From positions 64,001 through 128,000 of the forward strand of contig CAVPGK010000010.1 of the NCBI GenBank assembly GCA_963703955.1: a stretch of DNA of 64,000 bases, read 5' to 3'. The stretch comes from Nitrospirota bacterium (GTDB taxonomy: Bacteria; Nitrospirota; Nitrospiria; Nitrospirales; Nitrospiraceae). This document shows positions 56,150 through 64,000 of this stretch, one piece after another; within the stretch, counting starts at the first letter, position 1; each line of letters begins with the position of its first letter. Made by a program: the position numbers and the translations under genes. The notes beneath the pieces are model-generated. The model did no database searches. It had not been told where the DNA came from and saw only the letters and a program-made list of their open reading frames with translations.

Positions 56150-56723
56150 GAGTTGGGGAAGGTTACAAAGCAGAGAGACGGGTGTCAAGGTACCCAAGAA
56201 CTGGCATGATTGACAGGGTATTCTCTTCACTGTGCACTTCAGATGCAACCTTTTGCTTGCCCGTCATTTTGCTACCTCTCCGCTACCAGAACGGGACAAA
56301 CCAGCACGATCAGGGGGGACCATGATGGATCCCTGTCGGGCCGCAAGACACCACAGATCTAAGGACGCGCGATCGATCGCTATGGCTACCTTTGACTCTT
56401 ATCTTTTGGATGGTCGAGTTCGAAGTGTCCGGCAATGCGTCACGATTCGAGGGGGAAGGGCCGGCTATTGTTCCCCGCAACCCAGACGGTACATGAGCTG
56501 GGATGACGCCATCTCTCGTCGCCTCTCACGGTGTCGGGGAGGTCGAAGCCTGTTATAGAACCCTATGAATCAAAAAGCCTGGGTCCGTAGAAGAGTCCAG
56601 CTCCTGCGCCTCGTTGCTCAAAATGTGAAGACTCACTTCGTGATGGGAAACTCGACAAGGACCGTGTCTTCATGCCGGATGGCGATGAGTTTCATCAATG
56701 GTGAGTCGGCGCATCTTCATTTC

Positions 56724-57440
56724 TCACGCTTTCGGCGGGACGCAGTTCTGTCCCCCCCGCTCTGTGCACAACCTGAACCGGGCTTGCTCCGCCCAGAACT
56801 CCAAGGTCTTGTAGACGTCATCCCAGGAATCAAACGAGTCCGGATCCAGGCGTTTCTTGCCGACACGCCGGTCGGCTGAGGCTCCCAGTACCTCGCCGGT
56901 TTGAGCATCGGAGATCTTCATTTCGATGCTGGCGTCCCCGACAAAAAGAGGCTTCCCGGTTCCGAGGTCTTTGAGCAGCGAGCCGAGGGCGAAGGCGTTC
57001 ATGGGAGCGGGGATGGTTGAGACAGCGCGCAACACCACATAGGCGGGGTCCGCTCTCGTGATCGCGGCCTGAATGCGCAGAGTATTCGGGCCAGGCTCAG
57101 AAACCATTTCGTAGTCTTTCGACAGGCTGAGGTAGGCAAGGCCGTAGAGGATATCAGCGATATGTTGGGCGTTCTTTTGCCGAGTCACATCGGTGGTAGG
57201 GGGACCCCAGACCTGGGCATGATCCAAGAGCATCTTCTTGTAAGTCCCGCGTGGAATGGTGGCAACCTTGGGGTTCTTGTAAAGCAGGAGCGCTTCCCCC
57301 TTTTCGCCCTTGTGCATCAGCGGGTAGAGATCGCCAAGGAAGCCGGATGTTTCAACCGACCGAGCCTGCTTGGTCGGCGCACATCCGATGAGCAAAGTCG
57401 TCAAGACAAGAACCACAAGGATGCGGGTAATAGCAATCAT
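56724..57440 (-). CDS. DUF3313-like lipoprotein
   Basis: Lipobox LLIGC; ETSGFLG, PGPNTLRIQAAIT and DAQTGEVLGASADRR. Confidence 0.8.
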   Translation of the reverse strand: MIAITRILVVLVLTTLLIGCAPTKQARSVETSGFLGDLYPLMHKGEKGEALLLYKNPKVATIPRGTYKKMLLDHAQVWGPPTTDVTRQKNAQHIADILYGLAYLSLSKDYEMVSEPGPNTLRIQAAITRADPAYVVLRAVSTIPAPMNAFALGSLLKDLGTGKPLFVGDASIEMKISDAQTGEVLGASADRRVGKKRLDPDSFDSWDDVYKTLEFWAEQARFRLCTERGGQNCVPPKA

Positions 57441-57695
57441 GGGATGTCTCCTGGCTGGTACGGAGCCTCTCCAGGAATCTTCCTGCTCGACGGTGGTGGT
57501 AGTAGCATCTGATCAAGACCTAAAAGCTAAGTGCCGTAGATAGCCATCGATCCGCGCCGACAGACGATCCGATGGTAGTTGATGGCTTTGAAGCACCGGA
57601 GCCTATCTCACCTCCCACAGGATTGCAAACGCTCTTTCGAAGTGGTATGAGACCCGCGCCGAAGGGGAGCAGCCTCAATCGTGATCGGGAAGACC

Positions 57696-58316
57696 ATGAC
57701 GCACTCGGCTCAGATAACCATGTTGGTCGGGTTGGTGCTGACCGCCGGTGTGCTGACCGGCTGCGGGGGAGCCTCAGTCTATGCACGGGCCGCCAAGGCT
57801 CAAGCCAGCGAGTTGAATGTCTTGGCCCAAGCGCGCGACGACAGATTGAAGATGCACCTGCGCGAGGCGATCCTCGCCGACCAGGCCTTATCCGCTCTCA
57901 CCATTGCTCCTTACGTGTTCATGGAGCGCGGATTCGTCGTCGGACACGTCGGCAGCGCAGAGCAGGCTGAAGCCGTGCTTCGCGCCGCTCGAGGTGTGTC
58001 AGGCCTCCGCTCAGTAGACGGGTACCTTCCGGTCAAGCATTCCTCTCCGCAAACCAGTGTTGTGTCGAATACCGCCTCCGACGCGACGATCACGGCCGAA
58101 ACTAAGTCGGCCCTCGGGCTTGCTGGAGTTGTTGTGAGGCGGGTCAGCGTAGAGACGTTTGATGGGCAGGTCGTGTTGCTCGGGGTGGTATCCTCCGAAC
58201 AGGAGCGACTCCAAGCCGAACGAGCCGCGGCGGGTGTGAACGGCGTTCATGGCGTCACAAACTGGCTGTTGTTGCCGGAATCCGAATATTCGACGGTGCG
58301 GCCAAAGCTCAGGTAG
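57696..58316 (+). CDS. BON-domain lipoprotein (two BON domains)
   Basis: Lipobox LTGC; DDRLK..., and DATITAETKSAL..VSVETFDGQVVLLGVV..AAGVNGVHGVTN. Confidence 0.85.
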   Translation: MTHSAQITMLVGLVLTAGVLTGCGGASVYARAAKAQASELNVLAQARDDRLKMHLREAILADQALSALTIAPYVFMERGFVVGHVGSAEQAEAVLRAARGVSGLRSVDGYLPVKHSSPQTSVVSNTASDATITAETKSALGLAGVVVRRVSVETFDGQVVLLGVVSSEQERLQAERAAAGVNGVHGVTNWLLLPESEYSTVRPKLR

Positions 58317-58326
58317 GTTGGATAGG

Positions 58327-59697
58327 ATGAACATTCTTCGTTCCTCGGTCGTTGCACTCATGTTGGCGGCCTTCACCGGGTGCGAGTATGTCCGGCCTAC
58401 CCTCAATGCTCCACTTGAGCGGTGGGATCAACGGTACGGGTACCGGTACACCAATTTCCCTCAAGCTCCTGACGGCAGCACGGACAGCCTTTTTTTCGTG
58501 GCCTCGTTTTCGGGCGGAGGCATGCGCGCCTCGACCCTTGCCTACGGGGCCTTGCAAGAACTCGCCCGCACGTCGATCATGTGGGAAGGACGCCAAGAGC
58601 GCCTGCTCGATGAACTGAGCATCGTCACGGCGCTGTCCGGCGGCAGTTTCACGGCTGCCTACTATGCGCTGTATGGCGATCGGATCTTCCACGACTTTGA
58701 ATACCGTTTTTTGCGGAAAGATTGGGAACACGAGCTCAAGTCTCGGATGTTCTGGTCGCCGTACAACTGGTTCCGTCTCTTATCCCCATATTTCGGTCGC
58801 ACCCACATCCTGTCGGAACTCCTGGATGAAGCCTTGTTTGACGGCCATACCTACGGCGACCTGCTGAGACGTGGTCACCAACCGATGGTGTATATCCACG
58901 CCTCCGACATGGCCATGCTGTCCCGCTTTGAGTTCAACCAGCGTCAGTTCGACATCATCTGTTCGGACCTCAGTCAACTGCCGATCGCCACGGCGACCGC
59001 CGCCTCCAGCGCCCTTCCCTTGCTCCTCAGCCCAATCTCACTGAAGAACTATGCCGGGCGCTGTGGATACCAGCCGCCGCCGTGGTTACAAGAAGCACAC
59101 AAGACCGCGACGGGGCAACAGCGGGCCAATGAGCTCCGGTCCTACTTCGATTCGAAGAAGCGTCCGTATGTCCATCTGTTGGACGGTGGGTTGGCAGACA
59201 ATGTCGGGATGCGGAGCATGGTGGAGACGGTTGCACTCGTGGGAGATGTTGAAACACTGTTTAAGGTCCTCGGGGTCAAGACGGTCCGAAAGCTGGTCTT
59301 CCTGGTGGTGAGGGCGGAAACTCTCCCGGATATGTCCTCCTACCAGTTCAGTAAGATTCCGTCTCTCTCTCGAGCGTTGGATGCGCTCGTTGACATCCCG
59401 ATCAATCGATACTCCATTGACACACTCCACCTCATGCGTCTGGGTGTGGATGGGTGGAGGACTGAACTCCGACACCGAAAGCAGAACACGGAGAGCGTGT
59501 TTGCGCCTGATGCCGACGTGTATTTCATCAATGCCAGTCTGAGTGAATTGGAGGATGCGGACGAGCGCGAGTATCTCATGAAGATTCCGACGACCCTGCA
59601 GCTCAATGATGAACAGATCGATCGGCTGCTCGCCGCTGCGACTCACCTGATCCGCAATGACCCGGATTTTCAGCGTCTGATGCGTGACCTGCAGTAG
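58327..59697 (+). CDS. Patatin-like phospholipase lipoprotein, paralog 2
   Basis: Lipobox FTGC; SGGGMRA, ALSGGS and DGGLADN; colinear with paralog 1. Confidence 0.88.
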   Translation: MNILRSSVVALMLAAFTGCEYVRPTLNAPLERWDQRYGYRYTNFPQAPDGSTDSLFFVASFSGGGMRASTLAYGALQELARTSIMWEGRQERLLDELSIVTALSGGSFTAAYYALYGDRIFHDFEYRFLRKDWEHELKSRMFWSPYNWFRLLSPYFGRTHILSELLDEALFDGHTYGDLLRRGHQPMVYIHASDMAMLSRFEFNQRQFDIICSDLSQLPIATATAASSALPLLLSPISLKNYAGRCGYQPPPWLQEAHKTATGQQRANELRSYFDSKKRPYVHLLDGGLADNVGMRSMVETVALVGDVETLFKVLGVKTVRKLVFLVVRAETLPDMSSYQFSKIPSLSRALDALVDIPINRYSIDTLHLMRLGVDGWRTELRHRKQNTESVFAPDADVYFINASLSELEDADEREYLMKIPTTLQLNDEQIDRLLAAATHLIRNDPDFQRLMRDLQ

Positions 59698-59736
59698 CGG
59701 CGAGGTAGGCGCCCGCCTTGCAGGTCCCATGGTGTG

Positions 59737-59828
59737 GTCGGCGCATCTCGCTCTCACGCTTTCGGCGGGGCGCAGTTCGGTCCCCCCCGGCTCTATGCAC
59801 AACCTGAACCGAGTTTGCTCCGCCCAGG
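59737..59828 (-). repeat. Diverged direct copy of the DUF3313 gene 3' end (56706-56798)
   Basis: CTCACGCTTTCGGCGGG..GCAGTTC.GTCCCCCCCG..TGCACAACCTGAACCG..TTGCTCCGCCCAG occurs at both loci. Confidence 0.85.
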
Positions 59829-59883
59829 GAGCTATCGCTTGTCCAGGTGGGGTCAGTCTTTCCAATTCTCACCATTTCGGTCG

Positions 59884-60177
59884 TTATGATGCTTTTGCCG
59901 GTCTCTTGTTGAATTCCATTTGGACACGCTCCGCCACAAATAATTTGAGTAGCGTCTGATATGGCACGTCATGTTTATTGGCTAGTATCTTCAGTTGTTC
60001 TAGCAGCGACTTTGGGAGTCGCAGGGAAATAGTTTCAGTTGAGGGTTTTAAACGAGGAAATAGCGTCCGTTTCGCTTTCGAATAATCAACATAGTCCGCC
60101 GAATCGTGTGTGGACCAGAAGTCGGACTCCTGCTTTTCATTCTTGAATTTCGGCATCTTTTTTAGTTTGCTCATCAT
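59884..60177 (-). CDS. BrnA/CopG-type antitoxin
   Basis: PKFKNEKQESDFWSTHDSADY...ISLRLP..LK..A...VPYQTLLK (ribbon-helix-helix). Confidence 0.88.
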   Translation of the reverse strand: MMSKLKKMPKFKNEKQESDFWSTHDSADYVDYSKAKRTLFPRLKPSTETISLRLPKSLLEQLKILANKHDVPYQTLLKLFVAERVQMEFNKRPAKAS

Positions 60178-60457
60178 ACCTGCTCCGTTCCTTCTTGCTC
60201 ATGTCCCTCGCCGAGATAACCCGAATGCGTTGATTCCTCACTGTAAAGACGATGAAAAGGAGGCGGCCCGTGTCAGTCCTTCCTAATACGAAATACCGTC
60301 CCTCTGCGACCGAATGCCGAATATCCTCAGTCACAACCAGAGGTTCATTGAAAAATACCTGCTCACATTCTGGAAGCGTGACGTGATGCTTCTTCCAGTT
60401 CTTTGTCTGGTTTCCTTCGTCCCAATCAAATCCCTCAAGCCTTGCGAGGTCGTTCAT
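60137..60457 (-). CDS. BrnT family toxin
   Basis: FDWDEGNQTKNWKKH, ECEQVF, HS..E.R...LG and IRVISARDM motifs. Confidence 0.9.
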   Translation of the reverse strand: MNDLARLEGFDWDEGNQTKNWKKHHVTLPECEQVFFNEPLVVTEDIRHSVAEGRYFVLGRTDTGRLLFIVFTVRNQRIRVISARDMSKKERSRYDEQTKKDAEIQE

Positions 60458-60467
60458 CCGATCGTTC

Positions 60468-60506
60468 GTATATGATAACCATATACATCTAGATTGGCCA
60501 TGTCAA
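60468..60506 (-). promoter_or_regulatory. Sigma70 promoter and operator of the brnTA operon
   Basis: Minus strand TTGACA-N17-TATGGT; inverted repeat GTATATG-N5-CATATAC (60468-60486) overlaps the -10 box. Confidence 0.7.
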
Positions 60507-60648
60507 CAAATCATCCGTGAAGTGGCGGAGTACCCCCCAAGCATTCGAAGGTGGTCCGCTTCTCCGCCATCCCTGGAATCGACTCCCATTAAGTGGCCTT
60601 TCATTTCGTTCGAGCCTGCAAATACTAGTATTTCTTCTCTTCAACGTG

Positions 60649-60677
60649 TTGACACGCTCCCGGGTAAAAAGTAGCCT
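60649..60677 (+). promoter_or_regulatory. Sigma70 promoter candidate for the TIR-STAND/DGR operon
   Basis: TTGACA-N17-TAGCCT; TCAAC-N2-GTTGA overlaps the -35; perfect palindrome AAATACTAGTATTT at 60620-60633. Confidence 0.55.
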
Positions 60678-60788
60678 TGGTCACGTTAACCACCCACTCA
60701 GCGCCATGGCAACGATCTATCCGTCATCCAAAGGTTCGTTCCCTGGTTAGCGCAGCAGTGCGGTTTGATCGGACCGGGAAGAGACCAC

Positions 60789-63294
60789 ATGCCTCCGGAA
60801 AACTTCGATGTGTTTCTGAGTTACCACTGGCGTGATCATGCACCTGTAGAAGCGCTTGCACGACGGTTGCGCGAGCAGGACCTCACGGTCTTTCTCGACC
60901 GATGGTATCTCACGCCGGGGCAATCATGGCCGAAGGCATTGGAGGCGACCCTTGCGCAATGTCGAGCGGTGGCCGTCTGCATCGGGCAGGGCGAAATGGG
61001 ACCGTGGCAGCAGCGGGAGCAATATCTCGCGCTGGAGCGGCAGGTGGCGGCTGAGCGCCGTGGTCAACACTTTCCCGTCATTCCCGTTCTGCTCCCCGGC
61101 GCAGAACCGCCGCTGGGGTTTCTCAGTCAAAATACCTGGGTCGATTTGCGCTCGCGTGTCGACGATCCGACCCTGCTCAACACGCTCGTCAGAGCCATAC
61201 ACGGCCAGTCGCCTGGCCCGGATGCGCAAGAAACGATCCGTGAGACGCTCACCAGCATCTGCCCCTACCGGGGCCTCCTTTATTTCCGCGAGGAGGACGC
61301 CCCATTCTTTTTTGGACGTGAAGAGGCCATCACTGAGCTGGTTCGCGCCGTTCAGCAGCACAGCCTTGTAGCGGTTGTCGGGGCCTCGGGCAGCGGGAAG
61401 TCCTCGGTCGTGAGGGCAGGACTCGTGCCGACTTTACGGAGAAGTCGTGAGCGAGTCTGGGAGGTGGCCACCTTCGTGCCGACCGATCGTCCGATCTATT
61501 CGCTCGCAGCAGTGCTCATGCCGTTCCTCGAGCCGGACATGAGCGAGACCGCCCGGTTGATAGAAACGAATAACCTGGTTGATGCCCTGGTGGAAAGGAA
61601 AGTCAAGCTGCGCGATGTCGCTGATCGCCTTCTTGCGAAGCAGCCCGGCACAGACCGGCTGCTCCTCATCGTTGATCAGTGGGAAGAGTTGTTCACGCTC
61701 TGTCAGGACGACGCCGCACGCCGGTGCTTCATCGACAGTGTGCTGGATACCACGGCCACGACGAGGGTGAGCGTGGTGCTCACCCTGCGAGGAGACTTTT
61801 TGGGTCGCGCCATTACCGCCTATCGGCCCCTGTCGGATCGTGTGCAAGGCGCCCAAGTGAACTTAGGGCCGATGAATCGGGAGGAATTGCGCCTTGCCAT
61901 CCAAGAGCCGGCACGCCAAGTGGGGCTGACGTTTGAAGCAGGCCTCATCGATCTGATTGTGGAGCAAGCCGGTGACGAACCCGGCCATTTACCCTTGCTT
62001 GAATTCGTGCTTCGGCAGCTCTGGGAGCAACGGCGAGGAGGGGAACTTCACCATGAAGCTTACAAGGCCATGGGGCAACTGCATGGCGCCGTCGCCCAAA
62101 AAGCCGAGGCTCTGTACGAACGATTGAATACGCAACAACAACGAGCCCTGCATAGGATTTTCATGCGTTTGGTTCGCCCTGGCGAGGGCGAGGCGGATAC
62201 GAGACGACGGGCGACCTTCGCGGATCTCGGCGAAGAGGCGCGACCTCTAGTGAAAACACTCGCCGATGCGCGATTGTTGGTGACTTCCCAGCGTCAAGGC
62301 AGTGCGCAGGAAACGATTGAGGTGTCGCACGAGGCGTTGATCCACCATTGGAAGCGACTCGAAACGTGGGTGGACGCGGACCGCCCATTTCTCGCCTGGC
62401 AACAGGGGCTGAACGTGGCGATGAAAGCGTGGGAAGACCAGCAAGGGGCACTCCGATTTCTTGCTCCGCGGGCGTCCGCTGGACGAAGCGTTGGATTGGC
62501 TCCGGAAAAAGTCCGAGGAACTCTCGCCACGCGAACGAGAGTATCTGGCGGCCAGCAAGAAACGCAAGATCAGAGAGCGCGTTGTCGTCGCTATCGCCGC
62601 CAGCCTCGTCCTTGCGCTGGTTGGTTGGCCGATCGCTTGGTTGTGGAAGGAAGGGGTAACGGTCCAATATGCCTGGTCGGTTCTGCGGGTGAGGTTGCCT
62701 CTGGTTCAGGTCCCCGAACCGGAGATGGTGCCAATTCCCGGTAAGCCGTATGCCATGGGGCGCTACGAAGTCACCTTTGAGGAATACGATGCGTATGCAA
62801 GATTAACCGGGCGACGAGTGCCGACCGATCACGACTGGGGTCGAGAGAAGCGTCCCGTGATCAACGTGTCGTGGGAGGATGGAGTGGCATACGCGAAGTG
62901 GCTGTCACAAGCCACGGGTAAACGTTACCGACTGCCGACAGAAACCGAGTGGGAGTATGCGGCGCGAAGCGGAGGGAAAAACGACATCTGGCCTGGAACC
63001 TCAGACGAGAGTCAATTAAAGGACTACGCGGTGTACAACACAGATCGCACAGAGCCTGTCGGCGGGAGAAAACCCAACGCTCTCGAGCTGTATGACATGA
63101 GCGGGAATGTGTGGGAGTGGGTGCAAGATTGCTACGACAAAGCGTATGAGGACAACTGCCGCCTGCGGGTGATCCGCGGTGGGTCCTGGCTCGGCACTCC
63201 GGAGGACTTGCGTGCCTCGAACCGGAATGGGGCCGACGCTGGCGACCGGGTCGGCGCCATCGGCTTTCGTCTGGCCCAAGACCGTCCGCAATAA
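60789..63294 (+). CDS. DGR target: TIR - STAND (nSTAND1-type) NTPase - TM - FGE-sulfatase/C-type lectin-fold protein (one frameshift near 62448)
   Basis: TIR FDVFLSY..VFLD..WQQRE; CPYRGLLYFREEDAPFFFGRE, Walker A GASGSGKSS, Walker B LIVDQWEE, LPLLEF and SHEALI..W; then LLRGRPLDEA, a TM helix, and FGE motifs YEVTFEEY, RLPTETEWEYAAR, LYDMSGNVWEW and RVIRGGSW...IGFRLA. Confidence 0.9.
63166..63282 (+). other. Putative DGR variable region (VR) and IMH
   Basis: 3' end of the CLec domain, RVIRGGSW-LGT-PEDLRAS-N-R-NGADAGD-R-VGA-IGFRLAQD. Most variable positions are NNC codons (CTC GGC GAC AAC GCC GAC GGC GAC GTC GGC GCC), as expected from AAC template codons. Confidence 0.75.
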
Positions 63295-63375
63295 CCCTGT
63301 GCCCTTTGCCTTTTGGACCCTTTGCCTCTTCTCCGATGCCAGGGGTTATGAATCGGTGAAAAATCTCATGGACGA

Positions 63376-63735
63376 ATGATGGCTTCCACCGTGCCCCAGG
63401 CCGTGCAATCGTGCCATGACCTGCTCCTGTGGCTGATTCCGCAGCTCGACAATTTCCGCGCTCGCGCCGGTTCACGCTGGGTGAACGAATAGAAGCCGGG
63501 GTGCTCGACGTGCTGGAGCTGCTCGTTGAAGCGGCGTATACGCGCACCAAGGAGGCAGCGCTGCGGCGCGCGAATCTGCGGCTGGAGGTGGTGCGCCACC
63601 TGTGGAGACTTGCCCACGAACTGAAGGTCATGGCGACCCGCCAGTACGAGCATGGGGCGAGGTTGATCGACGATCTTGGGCCGGCAGATCGGCGGCTGGC
63701 TCCGCAGCCGGGACACCTCGCAGGCAAGCACATGA
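63376..63735 (+). CDS. avd: DGR accessory variability determinant Avd (four-helix bundle; compensating indels near 63451 and 63679)
   Basis: Not in the ORF track. Reconstructed as MMASTVPQAVQSCHDLLLWLIPQLDxFPRSRRFTLGERIEAGVLDVLELLVEAAYTRTKEAALRRANLRLEVVRHLWRLAHELKVMATRQYEHGARLIDDLGRQIGGWLRS..., with FP..R..LG..I and GRQIGGW signatures. Its TGA overlaps the RT ATG. Confidence 0.88.
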
Positions 63736-64000
63736 AACGGCTCGGCGGTATCTTGGCCACAGCTGGTGAGTTTCGAGAATCTACTCAGCGCGTATCGCAA
63801 GGCGCGGCGGGGCAAAGGCGGCACGTCTGGCGTGGCGGAGTTCGGCCTGGATCTGGAGCGGGAGCTAATCGCACTGCAACGCGAGCTGCAAGAACGGCGA
63901 CTATCGGCCCGGGGATTACCGCCTGTTCACGATCTATGACCGCAAGCCGCGTGTCATCGCGGCGGCGCCGTTTCGCGACCGGGTCGTGCACCACGCGGTG
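63732..64000 (+). CDS. DGR-type reverse transcriptase, 5' part only (extra bases near 63753 and 63895)
   Basis: Not in the ORF track. Reconstructed as [28 protein letters not shown]...[53 protein letters not shown] (N-terminal RT blocks). The YxDD motif lies outside the window. Confidence 0.88.
   Translation, partial: MKRLGGILATAGEFRESTQRVSQGAAGQRRHVWRGGVRPGSGAGANRTATRAARTATIGPGITACSRSMTASRVSSRRRRFATGSCTTR

Noticed and set aside
63295..63375. Template repeat between target and avd
   Set aside because: Only about 80 nt with no AAC-rich copy of the VR; I saw no TR anywhere in the window by eye.
62861..63994. Minus-strand ORFs 62861-63760, 63366-63824 and 63785-63994
   Set aside because: Antisense shadows of the target, avd and RT genes; no recognisable motifs.
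63732..64000. RT as a group II intron maturase or retron; upstream four-helix protein as a 23S rRNA intervening-sequence protein
   Set aside because: The RT ATG overlaps the avd stop, leaving no room for intron domains or msr/msd. No rRNA is nearby, and a VR-bearing CLec gene is adjacent.
1..64000. CRISPR array, tRNA, rRNA, integrase or intact IS
   Set aside because: No regularly spaced repeats, cloverleaf or rRNA-like sequence, or complete recombinase/transposase was recognised.

Overview
GC-rich bacterial window. The gene content suggests Nitrospira/Nitrospirota, but this is an inference. It divides into three parts. (1) 1-51.7 kb is a large glycogen / pentose-phosphate / phosphoketolase / polyphosphate island in two divergent arms. 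The minus arm carries pgm, xfp, ackA, class I aldolase, ppk2, glgP, glgX, an RbbA-type ABC exporter with HlyD and TolC, a glycogen debranching enzyme, a giant Ser/Thr kinase-STAND-GAF-PAS-sigma54 activator and a GH63 glucosidase. The plus arm carries ppk2, tkt, an rpiB-tal-pgi fusion, gnd, zwf, a ROK kinase and a HAD hydrolase. The island is littered with duplicated and deletion-fused gene remnants (glgP, tkt::fbaB, xfp, ackA, pfk, STAS::TolC, RAYT::histidine kinase). (2) 51.7-60.5 kb holds a gutted type III R-M operon with an intact DUF4160/DUF2442 pair inside it, two paralogous patatin lipoproteins, and a BrnT/BrnA toxin-antitoxin pair. (3) 60.8-64 kb is a diversity-generating retroelement (DGR) that the ORF track largely misses. 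A TIR-STAND NTPase-TM-FGE/CLec receptor gene ends in a typical variable region (VR) and is followed by a frameshifted avd and the 5' end of a DGR reverse transcriptase that runs off the window; no template repeat (TR) is visible. Many genes have single-base indels, probably partly long-read error. No rRNA, tRNA or CRISPR array was seen.
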